Shown here piece after piece: positions 1 to 12,935 of a DNA stretch of 64,000 nt (position 1 is the stretch's first letter; every line of letters begins with the position of its first letter). The position numbers and the translations under genes are program-made. The notes under the pieces were generated by a model, which saw only the letters and a list, made by a program, of their open reading frames with translations, was not told where the DNA came from and did not search any database. The stretch comes from Podarcis vaucheri. Lineage: Eukaryota. The DNA lies in NCBI GenBank assembly GCA_965113315.1, contig OZ220372.1; one strand, given 5' to 3'.

Positions 1-39
1 CATAAATGTCCCCTCATCCTGGCGGTTTAGCCAACTCTC

Positions 40-114
40 CATCAAATAGCTGAAGGTCTGTCACATGGAAGATGGAGCAAGCTTGTTTTTGGTTGCTCCA
101 GACTGTAGGACCCA

Positions 115-148
<34 letters not shown>

Positions 149-790
149 TTTATTTATATCCCGCCCTCCCCAGCCGAAGCCGGGCTCAGGGCGGCTAACA
201 ACAATAAAACAGTACAAAGGTACAACATAAACAACATTCTAAAATCATTCATTATAAAAATTAATTAATTCAAGCCACTAGCAACCATTGGGCCAGAGCT
301 CTGCGAAGATTGCCGAGGGAGGGAGTCAGGCTGTGCCCTGGCCAAAGGCCTGGTGGAACAGCTCTGTCTTGCAGGCCCTGCGGAAGGATGTCAAGTCCCG
401 CAGGGCCCTGGTCTCTTGTGACAGAGTGTTCCACCAGATCGGAGCCACAGCCGAAAAAGCCCTGGCTCTAGTTGAGGCCAGCCTAACTTCTCTGTGGCCT
501 GGGACCTTCAAGATGTTTTTATTTGAAGACCGTAGGTTTCTCTGTGGGGCATACCAAACTAATGGATTCAAATTACAAGAAAGAAGATTCCGACTAAACA
601 TCAGGAAGACCTGTCTGAGGGTAAGAGATGTTTGGCAGTGAAACAAACTGTCTCAAACTCTCCTTCACTAGAGGTTTTTAAGCAGAGATTGGATGGCTCT
701 CTGTCAGTGATTCTTTAAACTGAGATTCCTGCATTGTAGGCTGGGCTAGCTGACTCCTGGGGTCCCTTCCAACTCTACAGTTCAGTTATC
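40..790 (+). mobile_element. CR1 LINE 3' fragment split by an L2 insertion (pieces ~40-116 and 554-~790)
   Basis: Joining ggacccaaa|ctaatggattcaaattacaagaaagaagattccgactaaacatcagg gives the CR1 ORF2 C-terminus (NGFKLQERRFRLNIRK). Ends in the CR1 tail ggtcccttccaactctacag. Confidence 0.85.
117..553 (-). mobile_element. L2-type LINE 3' end with (TTA)n tail
   Basis: ORF 326..646(-) encodes RAFSAVAPIWWNTL...FRRACKTELFHQAF, typical of the L2 ORF2 C-terminus. The 3' end runs into (AAT)n at ~115-146. Flanked by ccaaa at 112-116 and 554-558. Confidence 0.85.
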
Positions 791-1079
791 AGTATTCCTC
801 CTTAACTCCTTTCTTTAAAATAAATAAGGGGGGTGATGTATTTGTGTGTGTTCCCCTGTTCACCATGGACGCTGTTTCGGTCTGTTACTGATTCAGAGAC
901 GTAGGGGGCAAGAGGGGGGAACTTTAAATGCATAAAAGATGCTCCTTGCATCCATAACCAAAATAAATGTGCAGTGGAAAGCTCCCTGCACCCAACTGTA
1001 TTATAGCCATTCTGAATGCATTTCTGCAGGCTTTGGCACAGCGATAGGAGGCCACTGCTTAGGAAGAGGCCTTAGACTG

Positions 1080-1210
1080 TCTCTGCATCAGAGAACTGGC
1101 TCATGTAGCACAGCATTGTCTATAATGATTGGCAAGGGCTCTCTAGGTTTTCAAGCAGGAGTCTTTCAGGCCCTCCCTGGAGATGCCAGAAATTGAAGCC
1201 GGATGGTACT
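1080..1210 (-). mobile_element. Degenerate tRNA-derived squamate SINE (Squam3-like)
   Basis: ctctctaggttttcaagcaggagtctttc...cctggagatgccag resembles the copies at 48205-48362 and 52470-52620. Confidence 0.55.
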
Positions 1211-2139
1211 GGGTTCTGATAAGTTCCCTCATCATTCTAGTCTGGTTCTGTCCTGAGGAGAACAGCAAATCTGCCACCAAATTCTGCTAGTGCCATAATA
1301 TAACAAGCTCTCTGACAGCATCTTAGCTGAGCATTTACTGAACTGGCGTCCCCTCCCCCCCACCAAGCCCCACTATCATAGTTGTAATACATTCCATCTA
1401 GCAGTGACTTCACATAAGATAGGGAACCAGAGAGTGAAACTTACCTGCACTTCCTTCTTCAGCTTCCTTTTGAGTCCTGCACAGATGTTTGCAATTGAGC
1501 TCTGTCACCAACAGTCAGGTAATCAACAGTAGCTTATCCACTTATGTCAGTGTAGAGAATCATTCTTCGTTGTTCTGCAAACACATCCCATTTTCTTTTC
1601 CTTCTCCTTCTCGGAAAGTGGTATAGTATGTTTGCAGATGAAATGCTGCTCACTGCTGTTCCCTGAAATGCAATTCCTTGTGAGGCTGTTCTATTTACTA
1701 TGGATGGTTGTGGGATGGGGTGGGAGGGGCTTTCTTTTATCAAGATGCCCTGGATGAAGCTGGGTATCTGTGTTGAGGCCCAATCTCTGCACCTCCCCTC
1801 CAGACAGACACTAAGAACGTGCCACCTGCCTCCCATGCTCCCAAACCAGGGCTCTGATGTACTAGTTCAATTCTTGCACTGTACACAGTACCTCTCCATT
1901 GTCTGTGCTGATATGTAGCAGACCGGGGAACCCCAGAATCAGTGCGAGTGGTGTGATGCACAAAGTGAATGGATGCAAAACAGCAACAAACACCCCTCAC
2001 AATGTCTTTAAGGGTGGTGTGGTTCTTTACCTCTCCCTTCCCGTTTGTGCTTTGAGATTAATGTTCCTTCTTGTGGATATATCTCTAGATAGCTCATTTT
2101 GTTTTAGTTTTGGTTCCTTTTGCCTTTCTTTGCGGGACA

Positions 2140-2272
2140 CAGGGTTTTTTCAGCCAGAACTCACCAGAACTCAGTTCCAGCACCTCTCAGGTGGGCACTA
2201 TTGCCATTCTAAGAGAACAAGGGAGGCGTTCATGCTGAGTTCTGGCACCTCTTTTTCTAGAAAAACAGCAGT
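2140..2272. mobile_element. ~130-bp MITE, copy 1 (second copy at 36580-36716)
   Basis: Shares cacctctc..gtggg...attgccattctaagagaacaagggaggc.ttcatg.tgagtt..ggcacctcttt.tctagaaaaa with the intronic copy; loosely inverted termini. Confidence 0.75.
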
Positions 2273-2343
2273 GGAAGGAAACACAATCCCACAACAATGT
2301 ATATGCCAGATGTTCCACATTTCTGCCGTCACACACAGTGGAA

Positions 2344-2386
2344 GTGCAAAGTTTGATAATGGGTGCAAAGTTTGATAATGGGTGCA
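2344..2386. repeat. 19-bp tandem duplication (gtgcaaagtttgataatgg x2.3)
   Basis: Exact direct repeat at 2344-2362 and 2363-2381. Confidence 0.9.
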
Positions 2387-2744
2387 TTGTATAAGAACCT
2401 TGGCTTCCTTTCTCTTCCTTTCTTAAAAAAAACAACAAAACTTTCTAGCCCTTAAGGCTGGAAAAAGTGTGGGAAGTGCCTACTAAAATCTCAGAAGCAT
2501 AGCAGGGAAGTCTGAACAAGGTTTCAAGAGAGGATCAGGCAAGGCACATGCTACACTTTGCCGCCTTCCAATGATTGGCAGGTGCTGCATAAATTATGGG
2601 AAAGTAGGAAACATGAATATTTGCCCCTATGCAATGTTTGCTCCTACCTCTCTGGGTGTAACATCTGTGGATGTCTTGGGGAAGGGGTTTTCAGTTCTTC
2701 CCGTGCTTGCAATATGGGCTGCACCTGGCTGCCTACAGGAAGTA

Positions 2745-3282
2745 CCGTATTTTTCGCTCTATAGGACACACCGGACCATAGGAGGGGGAGAACGGGGGGG
2801 GGGGATATCCCCGTCTCTGCTCAGCACCCCTTCAGTGAAGCAGTAGGAGAAACAGAGCCCCTTTCATTTCTCCTCCCGCTTTGCTGAAGGGGCGCTGCAC
2901 AGAGAGGGAAAACTGTGCATCGCCTCTCCAGCGAAGCGAAGCCTGGAGAGCAAGAGGGATCGGTGTGCACCGACCCCTCTTGCTCTCCAGGCTTCAGGCA
3001 GCTATCCGCAAGCCTTTGGAGCACAGCGGGAACTCCTGCTGTGCTCCGAAGGCTTGCAGATAGCTGCCTGAAGCCCCCGGAGCGCAGCCTTTGAGCCTTT
3101 GAGTGCAGCGGAGGCTTTGCGCAGCCATCCCCAAGCTAGAACAGCGAGACGGAGCGCTGCGCAGCGCTCCGTCTCCCTGTTCTGGCTTTGGGCTTAGCCT
3201 GCATTCACTCTATAGGACGCGCACACATTTCCCCTTAATTTTTGGAGGGGAAAAAGTGCATCCCATAGAGCGAAAAATACGG
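2745..3282. mobile_element. Non-autonomous Tc1/mariner (pogo/Tigger-like) DNA transposon, 538 bp
   Basis: TIRs CCGTATTTTTCGCTCTATAGGACACAC and (rc) CCGTATTTTTCGCTCTATGGGATGCAC, with TA duplications at 2743-2744 and 3283-3284. CpG-rich interior. Confidence 0.9.
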
Positions 3283-6255
3283 TAAGTATGAGGATTTCTA
3301 ATCATGTCACCTCACAGAGTATAAGCAGAACTAAGAAACAAACAAGAAAAACCAAGAAGCAGCCACAAACCCAGAAGAACTCTCAGGAGAGACATCACAG
3401 GGCAACATATGATGACATTCATGGAGGGCAACTGCTGGGCAAATGTTATAACTGTGATTCAATTTCTAGTATTCTCCCCATCCAAAGGGTGGAGACTTTG
3501 GACCTTGTGATTTATTGGACCTACTTCCAACCTAGGGATTGACACACAGAACCAGTTTAAGAGTATCCAGGACAAAGAAATGATGTGTGAATGCACCCGT
3601 AGAGAAATTTGCTGCAGCTGCTGCTCTGAGTAATCAATAGCAATTGAGAATCCTGCTATACAGATCAGAATGGGAGGAACTGTCCATTTTGATTCTCTCC
3701 GTTTCTCCCTTTTCCAGTCTTAAATTCAGTTCTCCACATTTCTCCAGCAACTTGTGAATAATATCCTCTTGATAATTCACCAGCACCAGCATTTCAGTGT
3801 GAATTAATCCTAATAAACACATTTTCATATGCAGTTTTGACTTCTGTACACATTTTGGCAATTTTCCCCAATATAATGCATTTTGTATGCAATTTTCACT
3901 CATGTATTCATTTTTTTATGCATGTACAGATGTACCCATATCAAGATCCATGCAAGTAGTGATTGGGCCAGGTACCATCTCAGTGGTAGAGCATTATGCA
4001 TGGACATGAGAGCGCACATAGTGCCCTTTCTTATGCCAGTCAACCACACCAATAGTGATTTGTTCCCTTTGGAATAACGGGTGGCAGAAGGCATGGTTGC
4101 AATGTTTGCCCCCCATGCATTAAACTTGTGTGGGCCTACTGGGACCCTTCCCCCCAGCATACATGTGACCACATAGCAAGTTTCTCAGCTGAATAATCCT
4201 GCCAAGTAATGATGAAAACTGTACCATACATTCAAATCCAGGGAATTGGGGAGGGGGCCTGAGAAAATCCTCTTCAGACATGGTTCATTGCTTCGTGGGG
4301 AAATGGTGATCAGCCTCCGACCTCCATTTCCTAAGTATTTGGGAAACACACAGCAACCCCAGAGAAATGGTTGGTTCAGCTTGTTTAGGAAAACATGGAC
4401 AATTTGTGATGCTTTGAAGGCATCATTCATAGTGAAGGCAAACGAAAGATGTGCCCATGGTTGAAAAAGCCAACCTCTACTTCAAAATGGCAACTAAATT
4501 GGCAGGTGAGGGTAGTGATGGATATCCACCTGCCTCATCGATCTGACTTAAAAAAAAAAAAGTACCTACTCTTGTTTATAGAATATACATCCACATCAGT
4601 TTAAATAATAACTGCAGACAGTAGTTTTTCTCTACTCATTCTCACATCCAACATTCACTTACCCGGAGCAACCAGCCCACACACATAATCCTCATTCTCT
4701 AGAAACACATATCTTTAAACTCATTCAAATCATTCTTACACACACACACACACCTTTCATTCCCCATTTCAAACACTGAAAAAGAGGGTGCCACAAAATG
4801 AGAATGGGCGTGTATGGCCTTTTCAAACGTGAAAGCTTTTTGTGTGATTGGGATTCTTCCTCCCCCTTGAACCTGTAGCAGACTAGCATAGCCAACAGGT
4901 ATTTTATGTGAGTGATAGAAATGTGGCTATTTCAGCAAAAAGTTGAAATAGAGAGCACATCTTTCCAATGCTTAGTTTTACAGACATGGTCCTATAAGAT
5001 CTGTGTTATAATTTTTTTGTATTTAAAAATAAACTTCTGGGGGAAGGAGTGTGTCATTTTCTTTCATCTCCTCTTTTAATTTGTTAAGAATAGAGGGTGT
5101 TTGTTTGTTTGTTTGTTTGTTCTTCCTTTAATAATCAGGAAGCATTTCTTCCTGGTCTTTGTTCATTGTGGCATAAGACTAATTCACACATTACACCAAA
5201 CAGAGGTGCAATCTGGGCAAGTGTTTGTGTGACAGAGTGTACGCCTGTTGATTTGCACAGCTCAGCTATTTGTTTACACAGGTTAACAAACTGCACACTC
5301 AGTGAACGTTACCTGTGAATAGCAGTATGGGTTTACAGCTCAACTATTTGTGCACACAAATAGTACACTTGCTAAATGCAATAGGCTAACAGCCCCTCTA
5401 CTGTGATCTAGATCAGAGAATAAGCAGTTGGAGAACTGTAGGCTAGAATCTGGCCTCAGGAGGAAGCCCTACCCAATTTTAATCAGGGTATAATGAAAAG
5501 TTGGCCGACAGCATCACTCCTAAGAAAGGGTGGGGCTTTCAAGGTGTAGATGCCATGTGCTTAATTATTCAGGTTTCTATTTAATTGATATTTATGTATT
5601 TAGATGTTCATGTTGAGTTGCTCTTTGGATTTTGGAAGCAATGCTCCAGCTACGCCTGAGGGCATGTGCAGTGTCTGTAACAGAGGCACCCCTGCTGAGA
5701 GACAGTGCATTCCGTCTGTGTTGCAATACACACTTCTGGCCATCAGATTGCTGCCTGAAGCAGGTCCCGCAGAAACTGGGCACTGGATTATAGAGATCTT
5801 CAGGGGAAGGGAGGGGATTGTGGGGAATTCTGCCTTGGTGAATGGAGTCTGAACTTGCTGATCTTTTCCCTCATCAATCTGTGAAAAGCTGAAGAGGGAG
5901 ACAATGTGAAATATATTTAAATAGCCTCTTTCCAACTACACACACCGCAACATTAATTTCAGAACCATGACAGATAGCTTCCCGTAGCTTCCTCCATATT
6001 TTGAAAGGGGAGGCGAAAGAGATGGCTTTCCATATCCCTACAAACATTTATAGAACAATTTAAAGATTCAGGTTATCATGTTTTGAGTCACACACAATAT
6101 CCATCCTCTCACACAACTTCCGGTGCTTCAGGCTTTTAAATCATTTCTACCAAACAACACACTTTGGCACTCGTCACCACATACAAGAAAAGACTCTGAT
6201 TCTTGGGCTTTGTGGTTTTTTGTTTTTTTTACCCTGATATTTTGTGGTAGGTTTC

Positions 6256-6365
6256 TTTATTTTTGAATATAAAGTGACAGAAATAATTTGCTGTTAGAAA
6301 AGAGAAAGAATCTTTGACTATTTACAGATTCTGTACATCACAAAGTTTTCTCATTTTGTTTTATT
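6256..6365 (-). terminator. Candidate distal polyadenylation signals (two AATAAA) with flanking UGUA motifs
   Basis: Plus-strand tttatt at 6256-6261 and 6360-6365; tatttaca (UGUAAAUA on minus) at 6319-6326; tgtaca at 6332-6337. Confidence 0.45.
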
Positions 6366-6546
6366 TTTGTTGTTGTTCCTTCCCCCCTTTCTTTTAAAGT
6401 TTTTTTCCCTGCATTGTTTGAGCAATGCTGTACTGAAAATCTATACATTTCACCCACCCACCCCCCCAAAAAACCATCTGCTCCCAAAACAACTCCCAGT
6501 GAGAAACAAGATAAATCAATGGGGGGGAAATCAACGACTTTCTTTT

Positions 6547-6676
6547 NNNNNNNNNNNNNNNNNNNNNNNNNNNNNNNNNNNNNNNNNNNNNNNNNNNNNN
6601 NNNNNNNNNNNNNNNNNNNNNNNNNNNNNNNNNNNNNNNNNNNNNNNNNNNNNNNNNNNNNNNNNNNNNNNNNNNN
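6547..6676. other. Run of 130 N (gap or masked sequence)
   Basis: Seen directly. Confidence 1.
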
Positions 6677-9600
6677 AGTTCAAACACCAAAAATCATTAA
6701 GAGAAAGGGAAAAAGTAAAACAATTGTCCTCCCCCCTCCAGAATCTATCGATCCCTGCTTGTCCGAAATCAGAAATAGCTATTTACAGAAAAAAGAATTG
6801 GAGAGGGGGAGGTGTTGGGGATAGGAGGATTGGGAGAAAGAAGAGTAGTGATTGGTGGGGGTAGTGGGATTTGGGCCTCAGAGAGACGAGGCAAGCCTGA
6901 GTTCGACGGCGCTTTCCCTTGGGAAGGCGCTACGCTGGGAAAGTAATAATGATGTCTCCTTCCCCCATTTTAGTTGTGTGAGGAAATTGCATTTCCAAGT
7001 CTCTGCCTGAACCCCACACTGGATGCCTTTGTGTCGTCAAGCTTGCATTCAGAATGCTTTGTCCTCCTGCCCCACCCCCAACTAGGATCCATAGCAGTGT
7101 TCCCTTGATATATGCTGAAATAGCACCAGCGGCCATTTTGAAAATAATCTGGGCCAACATGGCCATTTGGTAACAAAGCTGTGATTGGACACTAAGCTAG
7201 TAAACCCTTTCCCTGACTCTCAACCCTCCCTACCTCAGCTCCTGCCCACAAAGAATGTCATGCCCTGAACTAACTAGGAGTCCAGAGAACCCAACCAAGA
7301 GAGAAAAGTTTAAACCAAAACCACCCCAGGCCCCGTCCACCCCATCTCATTTGGCTCAGGCATTGAATTTAGGAGTGTTGCCCATCAACCACACCTACCA
7401 CTTTCAAAGCTCCAAGGAAGTGGAAAAAAATAGGCAGCCATTGTGGCACCAAGACCATTCTTCTGTGAGTCCCTTTGCCCCCCCCCTTCCCCTCCACCAC
7501 CACCTGCACCAAGCATGACTTAAAATGTAAGTCTTAAATTTGGCTGTACTGCAACCAGGAGAGGAGGGAGGCTGGAGTGATGGGTGGAGGAAAGGGGCAG
7601 AAGCTTAGCTGCAGCATCTGTTCATGGTGCCTTGTCATTTTAAAAGGAAAGGCATCACCTCAAGGTTGATGGCTGGCAGCCTTAACTTAATTTCAAAAGC
7701 TCAGCAAACAGCAGGAGATGAAGGAAGAAAATGCTATGTGTTAATCTCCACGAAAGGCACCCAGTCTCCTCTGCCAGGGATTCCCAAACGTATTACTAAT
7801 AGGAGATATCCGCGGAACATCATCACTGCTCTACATTCAGTTGTGCTGATTTCCTCACAACACCCAAGAGCAGCCACCTCATTTGGGTCAAAGGCAGGTT
7901 CATACCCAACATTTGGGACTCTCAGCCTGGAAGGGTACCTCTCTGTTCTCCACCAATCTCTTCTATTTGGAACATTCTCTTCATCACATTAGACGGTTTG
8001 CATGATGAAATGGAAGAGGAAACTGCACAGATGGAGTTGCAAGCATTTCACCTCATTCCGCTGCACATGCCATGTAAACGGAACCAAAGGCAAACCAATT
8101 TAAAACAAAGAAATAAATTCTACTGTGTGTGTGCGCACACACACACACACACACACACTATACTTTCCATGCGTTTGGAAATGATAAAAAGTTAAGTTGT
8201 AACTTTCACATTAACCACTAAAATTGTGCGAACGGATGGCTGTAAAAGGGATGCTCCTGGCCTGAGAAACTAAAAACACAGCGTGGAAACACCCAATCTG
8301 TGCATTTTCCATTGGACAGTTCCATCACTATTTACTCATACATACTGCAGTGTAAACTCCATTTTGTAAATCATCCAACGAGTTCTTTTAAATACATTCT
8401 ATGCTATTAACGCTTTGGAATGCAATCCACAGGTCAACTGGAGCTTTTCAATACAAATGTCATGTGAAATATTGTTAAGTTATTTATACCCAACAGATAA
8501 ACAAAACTTTCAGATATTTAAAAATATCTAAACAACTCAGAAAAATAAAATGTTGTGAATATATATATGTAGTCATTTCAACACCATCTGGATTTGGGGT
8601 GCAGTTATGGCATTACTTAACCTGTACCATTCCACAGTATTTAAAAACAAGAGAAACAAATCCAAATATTGATACTTTTTAAAAAAAGTCCCCAAGTGTC
8701 TGAAATATTAACCCCCAAAGTCAATATGTCGTCTTTGAAACCAGAATGCCCCCTGCCACCGTCAAAGTACTGATGGATCCAGACAACAAAATGATTTTTC
8801 TTACTCAAACAAGTTGTTAAATTCACTTGCAAAATCCTAACTGGATTTCAGCCACTTGCCTTTGAGACCTCCCACTGAAACTGATCAACTGAGCTGATAC
8901 TGAGGAAGAACTATACCAGATAAAGGACATAAACCAAGAATTACAGGTTCCTTGTTGGATGTTTGCAGATGAAGTCATCCAAATGAGGTTGAGAGAAGCA
9001 AATTTATTTTGAACATAGTGTGCTGCTGAGACTTTCCTTTTGAATCTAAATAGAGGTATACACGGCAGGTCAGTTACAAGTGGGAAAAAGCTTTTCTTCT
9101 AATAAACAGCACATCTTTCCATTATATCCTCATCGCTGAGGCCTATTCAGCTCCCAAAGAAAGCTAACTGCATGATTTCCTACATATTGTAACAAAGTCC
9201 CTCAACTGCACTAACAGAAATGATAGGGATGGTGACCAGTCCTTGCTCTTTTTGGAATTGTTCAGCCATCCTCCACCATTTGCATCAAAAGGCCAAGCCA
9301 ATTAATCACATAAAAGCAACTTTTCAAGCCGGTAAAGTCCTACCCTGATACAGCTGGATATTCCTCAAGGCCCGTATCTTTAGGACTAGAGTCCGGTGAC
9401 CATGTTGAGAGAATGAAGCATATGATTATGAAATTGAATTAAGTCTTACTGTCACAAGCACATCTTTGTAAATAACACAGTTTGCTTCTTTTGCGATGGG
9501 GAGGAGAAAATATGCAGTCAGTGTTGTAGTAGTATTCAGAGAGAACACCTTACCCCATGGGGAAGACAATACAAGCCAGTGGCTGGGGGGAAATCAAATC

Positions 9601-10119
9601 TGAAGATCCCATACAGAAGAGCCCCCCTGGAAGCTTAGCTACAGAAGCAGAGCTTATCCAAACCTCTTGATATCAAGTTGAGAAATCTCCCAAGAATTCT
9701 GCTTTCTTTGCAGGATTTCTGGAGCTTACGGGGATAAGAAATGTCTATAAGCAGAGGTTTTGTTTGCAGGCTTATTTAGGTATTGGCACTTCTTGTTCCA
9801 ACCCAACTGGCAAGGAAAACATAGTATAAAGTAAGAGAGATTCTCACACTCAAGGACTAGCTAGACTCTCAAGCATGCTTCACCAACATCATGTGTGCAA
9901 ATTGCACACACGCTGGTCCTAATCCAGCTCAGCGTTATGCATTCACAAACCTACTGAAATAAAGAGGCTTGCACAGGCCTCACCACACTGGCTTGTGGCC
10001 ATTTCCTATTGACCCATCCCCATCCCTACTGTTTTGACCCTCGGTGACCCATGTTTAGCTGATTGCGTGAAGGTAAGTCAGGGCTGATCAGCTCGTGGCT
10101 AGGCAATTCACCAGCAGGA

Positions 10120-10280
10120 TGGAACTTAAACCTCTTGGATGCTCACATTGTACCGGTTATATTCCAACGCTGAGGGACTTCGATGGACAGACAACATAAT
10201 AGCACATTGTGTGCCTTCTTGATGGGCAAAAGGATGATGCTACAGCACTGGAAGGAATGTATGTCCCCTGTAAACTCCTC
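10120..10280 (+). mobile_element. Possible L1/Tx1-type LINE ORF2 C-terminal remnant
   Basis: ORF 10183..10365 contains AFLMGKRMMLQHWKE, resembling the AK(R/K)xIxxxWK motif at the end of vertebrate L1/Tx1 ORF2. Confidence 0.4.
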
Positions 10281-10381
10281 CTCTCATTGCTCAGTGGTCA
10301 GAAGACTCATGTACCCTTACACCATAGGAGAAGTCACCTTCAGCAGACAGCACAACGGAAATTAGCACTAGAACACTGGGG

Positions 10382-10669
10382 CAGTGGTGTAACATGGGTT
10401 GCTGGCCATCAGGGCGGGGCAAGTGTTGCAGCAGGGGTGGGGGCACATGTGAGAGGGACGCAAAGCCCACGCGGAGGGTGAACGGAGCCCGCCTCCAACA
10501 GGCCCCTCACCCACTGCTTCCACCCACCTGCCCACTAGACCAAGCCACCTGCTGCCGTGCCTCAGCTGCCAAGACTCCATGCCTATCATGCGGGCACCTG
10601 ATTGCATCCCTTCAAAGATGTGCGCCCAGGGCCATGTTCCCCCCTGCCCTTCCCCACACTACGCCTCTG
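10382..10669. mobile_element. GC-rich hAT-type MITE
   Basis: Termini cagtggtgta...tacgcctctg are imperfectly inverted. Flanks cactgggg / cacaggtg match at 6 of 8, consistent with a decayed 8-bp TSD. Confidence 0.55.
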
Positions 10670-10819
10670 CACAGGTGATCTCTCTGTGGGATTGTCTGCA
10701 TGAAGTACATGCCCAGGAGACTCTGCTGGAGCATATCCCTGCCCCTGCCTTTTTTTCCTTCCTCCCTGATCAAAGTCCCTCCTCCCTTTTAGGCTTGTTC
10801 TGATTGTATTTGCTTTAAC

Positions 10820-12240
10820 TGTATGAGACCGCACTGCAAATTACTATGAGCCATTGCTAAGCTGTCTTTTTCCTTATGCTGTTTTTATTCATTGACTGTC
10901 TTGTTGAGGATAACCAAAAAGAACAACGAAAGGAAAGATTGCAGGTAGGGAGACAAAGCTCTGCATGAGTGTGTTGGCAGTTTGACTGTGGGGGTAAAGA
11001 CAGCATGAACTAGAGAGTTTCAGCTGCAAGTTAGTAGAATTCAAGGCAGCTCAGAGGGTTGTGTAGGTCCACAGTTTTGTGCTCTGGGAATCTAATCTAG
11101 GGCTTAGTGGCTGTGCTACCTATATTATCACAGCCTGCTTGCTGTTTGTATGTTAAATAAGCAGTTTACCAAAGATACCCTAATTATCCCATGCTCTTTC
11201 TCCAAAGAAAACTAAATAGAGGGATGCTATCCCTTTGCTTCCCGCTGCTTGAGGAAGAGGGAACACTTAAGATTGGTCACAAAGAAGGAAATTACCCACC
11301 CACCCTGGAGGGAAACCGTGAGTTGGTGTGAGCCAAAAAATGAGAGCAGCAGAAATTACAGCAACTCCAAACAAGAGTCAGGAGGTGGCATATCAAGAGG
11401 TAAGAGCTTTACTGGATCGTCAGCTATAAGGAAGTCAAGACAGGCCCAGAGACCCAACAGAAGAGCTGCCATGTGGATAGCTAAGGAGTTCCCTATCAAT
11501 TCTGAATGTGTTGAAGGGTTAGTAGCTGAGAAACAACAGACTCTTGTCTGTCTTGGGTGTTTCCAGCAGTGATCCAAATGAAAAGCTAGGGGAGAGTCCT
11601 AAGAACTGAAAAAGAACTGGAGATCATGGTACAAAGGTAAAGTAGCTGAGGCCTGCAGTCAGGGGAAAGTGGTAGAGAATATGTAAAAAATGCAAGGGAA
11701 CATGCAAGGTGGCTTGGAGGATGACTGTCTGCAAGCTGTAGCCATGGATGAGGAGAAATCCCTTGCCGACTGTATTATAGCATGTGCAGCCTATGGAAGC
11801 TCAGGCCCTTACAGCTGTTGTACTCCAGGGTCACGATCCAAGAGAAGGAGTGATCCAGAAGCCCATGAATTATGAAGGCACTTCAGACCAGGAAGCCTAT
11901 CTGCCTAAGCTTGGGAAAAGGCCCAGTATAAGTGACTGGGATGGTGGAAAGAAAGGAGAATTACTAGCAGTCAGTCCGAGTGAAGTATCCTTGTTGGGCC
12001 CTCTGATAAAGACTTATTGGTTTGGACCAGGCATAAGTAAGGCACCCTGGGCCAGGAATGTCCCTGAGCAGTCATCAGTCCAGGAACAGAGCTTAAAGGA
12101 TTCATTTTCTTTAGATGAAAGAGGAGCAGGGTCATATGGTGGCTTCACAATAGCTCAAGTATACACAAGTATTCGTGGAAGCAAAGTAACTCCTGAAGCA
12201 GGCAGCAAAACCACTGATCCTATACTAGATTCCTAGAGAG
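10820..12240 (+). mobile_element. Possible decayed LTR retroelement (LTR plus start of internal region)
   Basis: Purine-rich block with a TG start at 10820, an AATAA-like signal near 11156 and a ggtggcatatca end near 11395, followed by broken ORFs (11249, 11690, 11784). No diagnostic gag/pol motif seen. Confidence 0.3.
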
Positions 12241-12799
12241 CTACTGTGTGGACCTTCACAATCCTCCAGACTTCTTACATTCCCTCTGAAATCTAATATA
12301 AAGTATATAACAGGCACCATTCACCAACAGGTTTTGTTGTGCAAGCCCCGTTGAAAAGAGTAGCAATGGAATCACATAGCTCCCATTGATGTCATACAGT
12401 TTGTGCAGATTTCCTGGCAGGTGGTGCTCCCAAAGTATGATCCAGTCATACTTAATCACTGAAATTTAAATGTGAGGCATTGAAAGATAAACTTAAATTT
12501 TCTCACTGAAATCAACTGGCCCTAAAAGTGATGGAACAGGGGCAGGATCGTGCCCATAGCCTACAGTCTCTGATTGCTTTTTGTATTATTTGTAAATACC
12601 CAATTTATTCATCAGCAAATACTATGTACAAGGCAAGATTATGCAAAACAATTTGCATAATGTATATAAATGATAGCATCTGTCAATTTACCAGTTAATG
12701 TAAACTCTTAACATAAACACATTTAAGGTTAATGTCTAGATAGTCAGTGAATCAAAGGAGAGGTCTTAATCTTCACACCTGTCTAGAAACCATTTAGAT

Positions 12800-12935
12800 C
12801 AGGCATAGGCAAACTCGGCCCTCCAGATGTTTTGGGAATACAACTCCTATCATCCCTAGCTAATAGGACCAGTGGTCAGGGATGATGGCAGTTGTAGTCC
12901 CAAAACATTTGGAGGGCCGATTTTGCCTATGCCTG
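12800..12935. mobile_element. Palindromic hAT MITE (136 bp) with perfect 8-bp TSD
   Basis: caggcataggcaaa...tttgcctatgcctg, nearly fully self-complementary. TSD atttagat at 12792-12799 and 12936-12943. Confidence 0.92.

Noticed and set aside
1440-1448. Perfect minus-strand splice donor CAG|GTAAGT
   Set aside because: No convincing paired acceptor or coding frame found.
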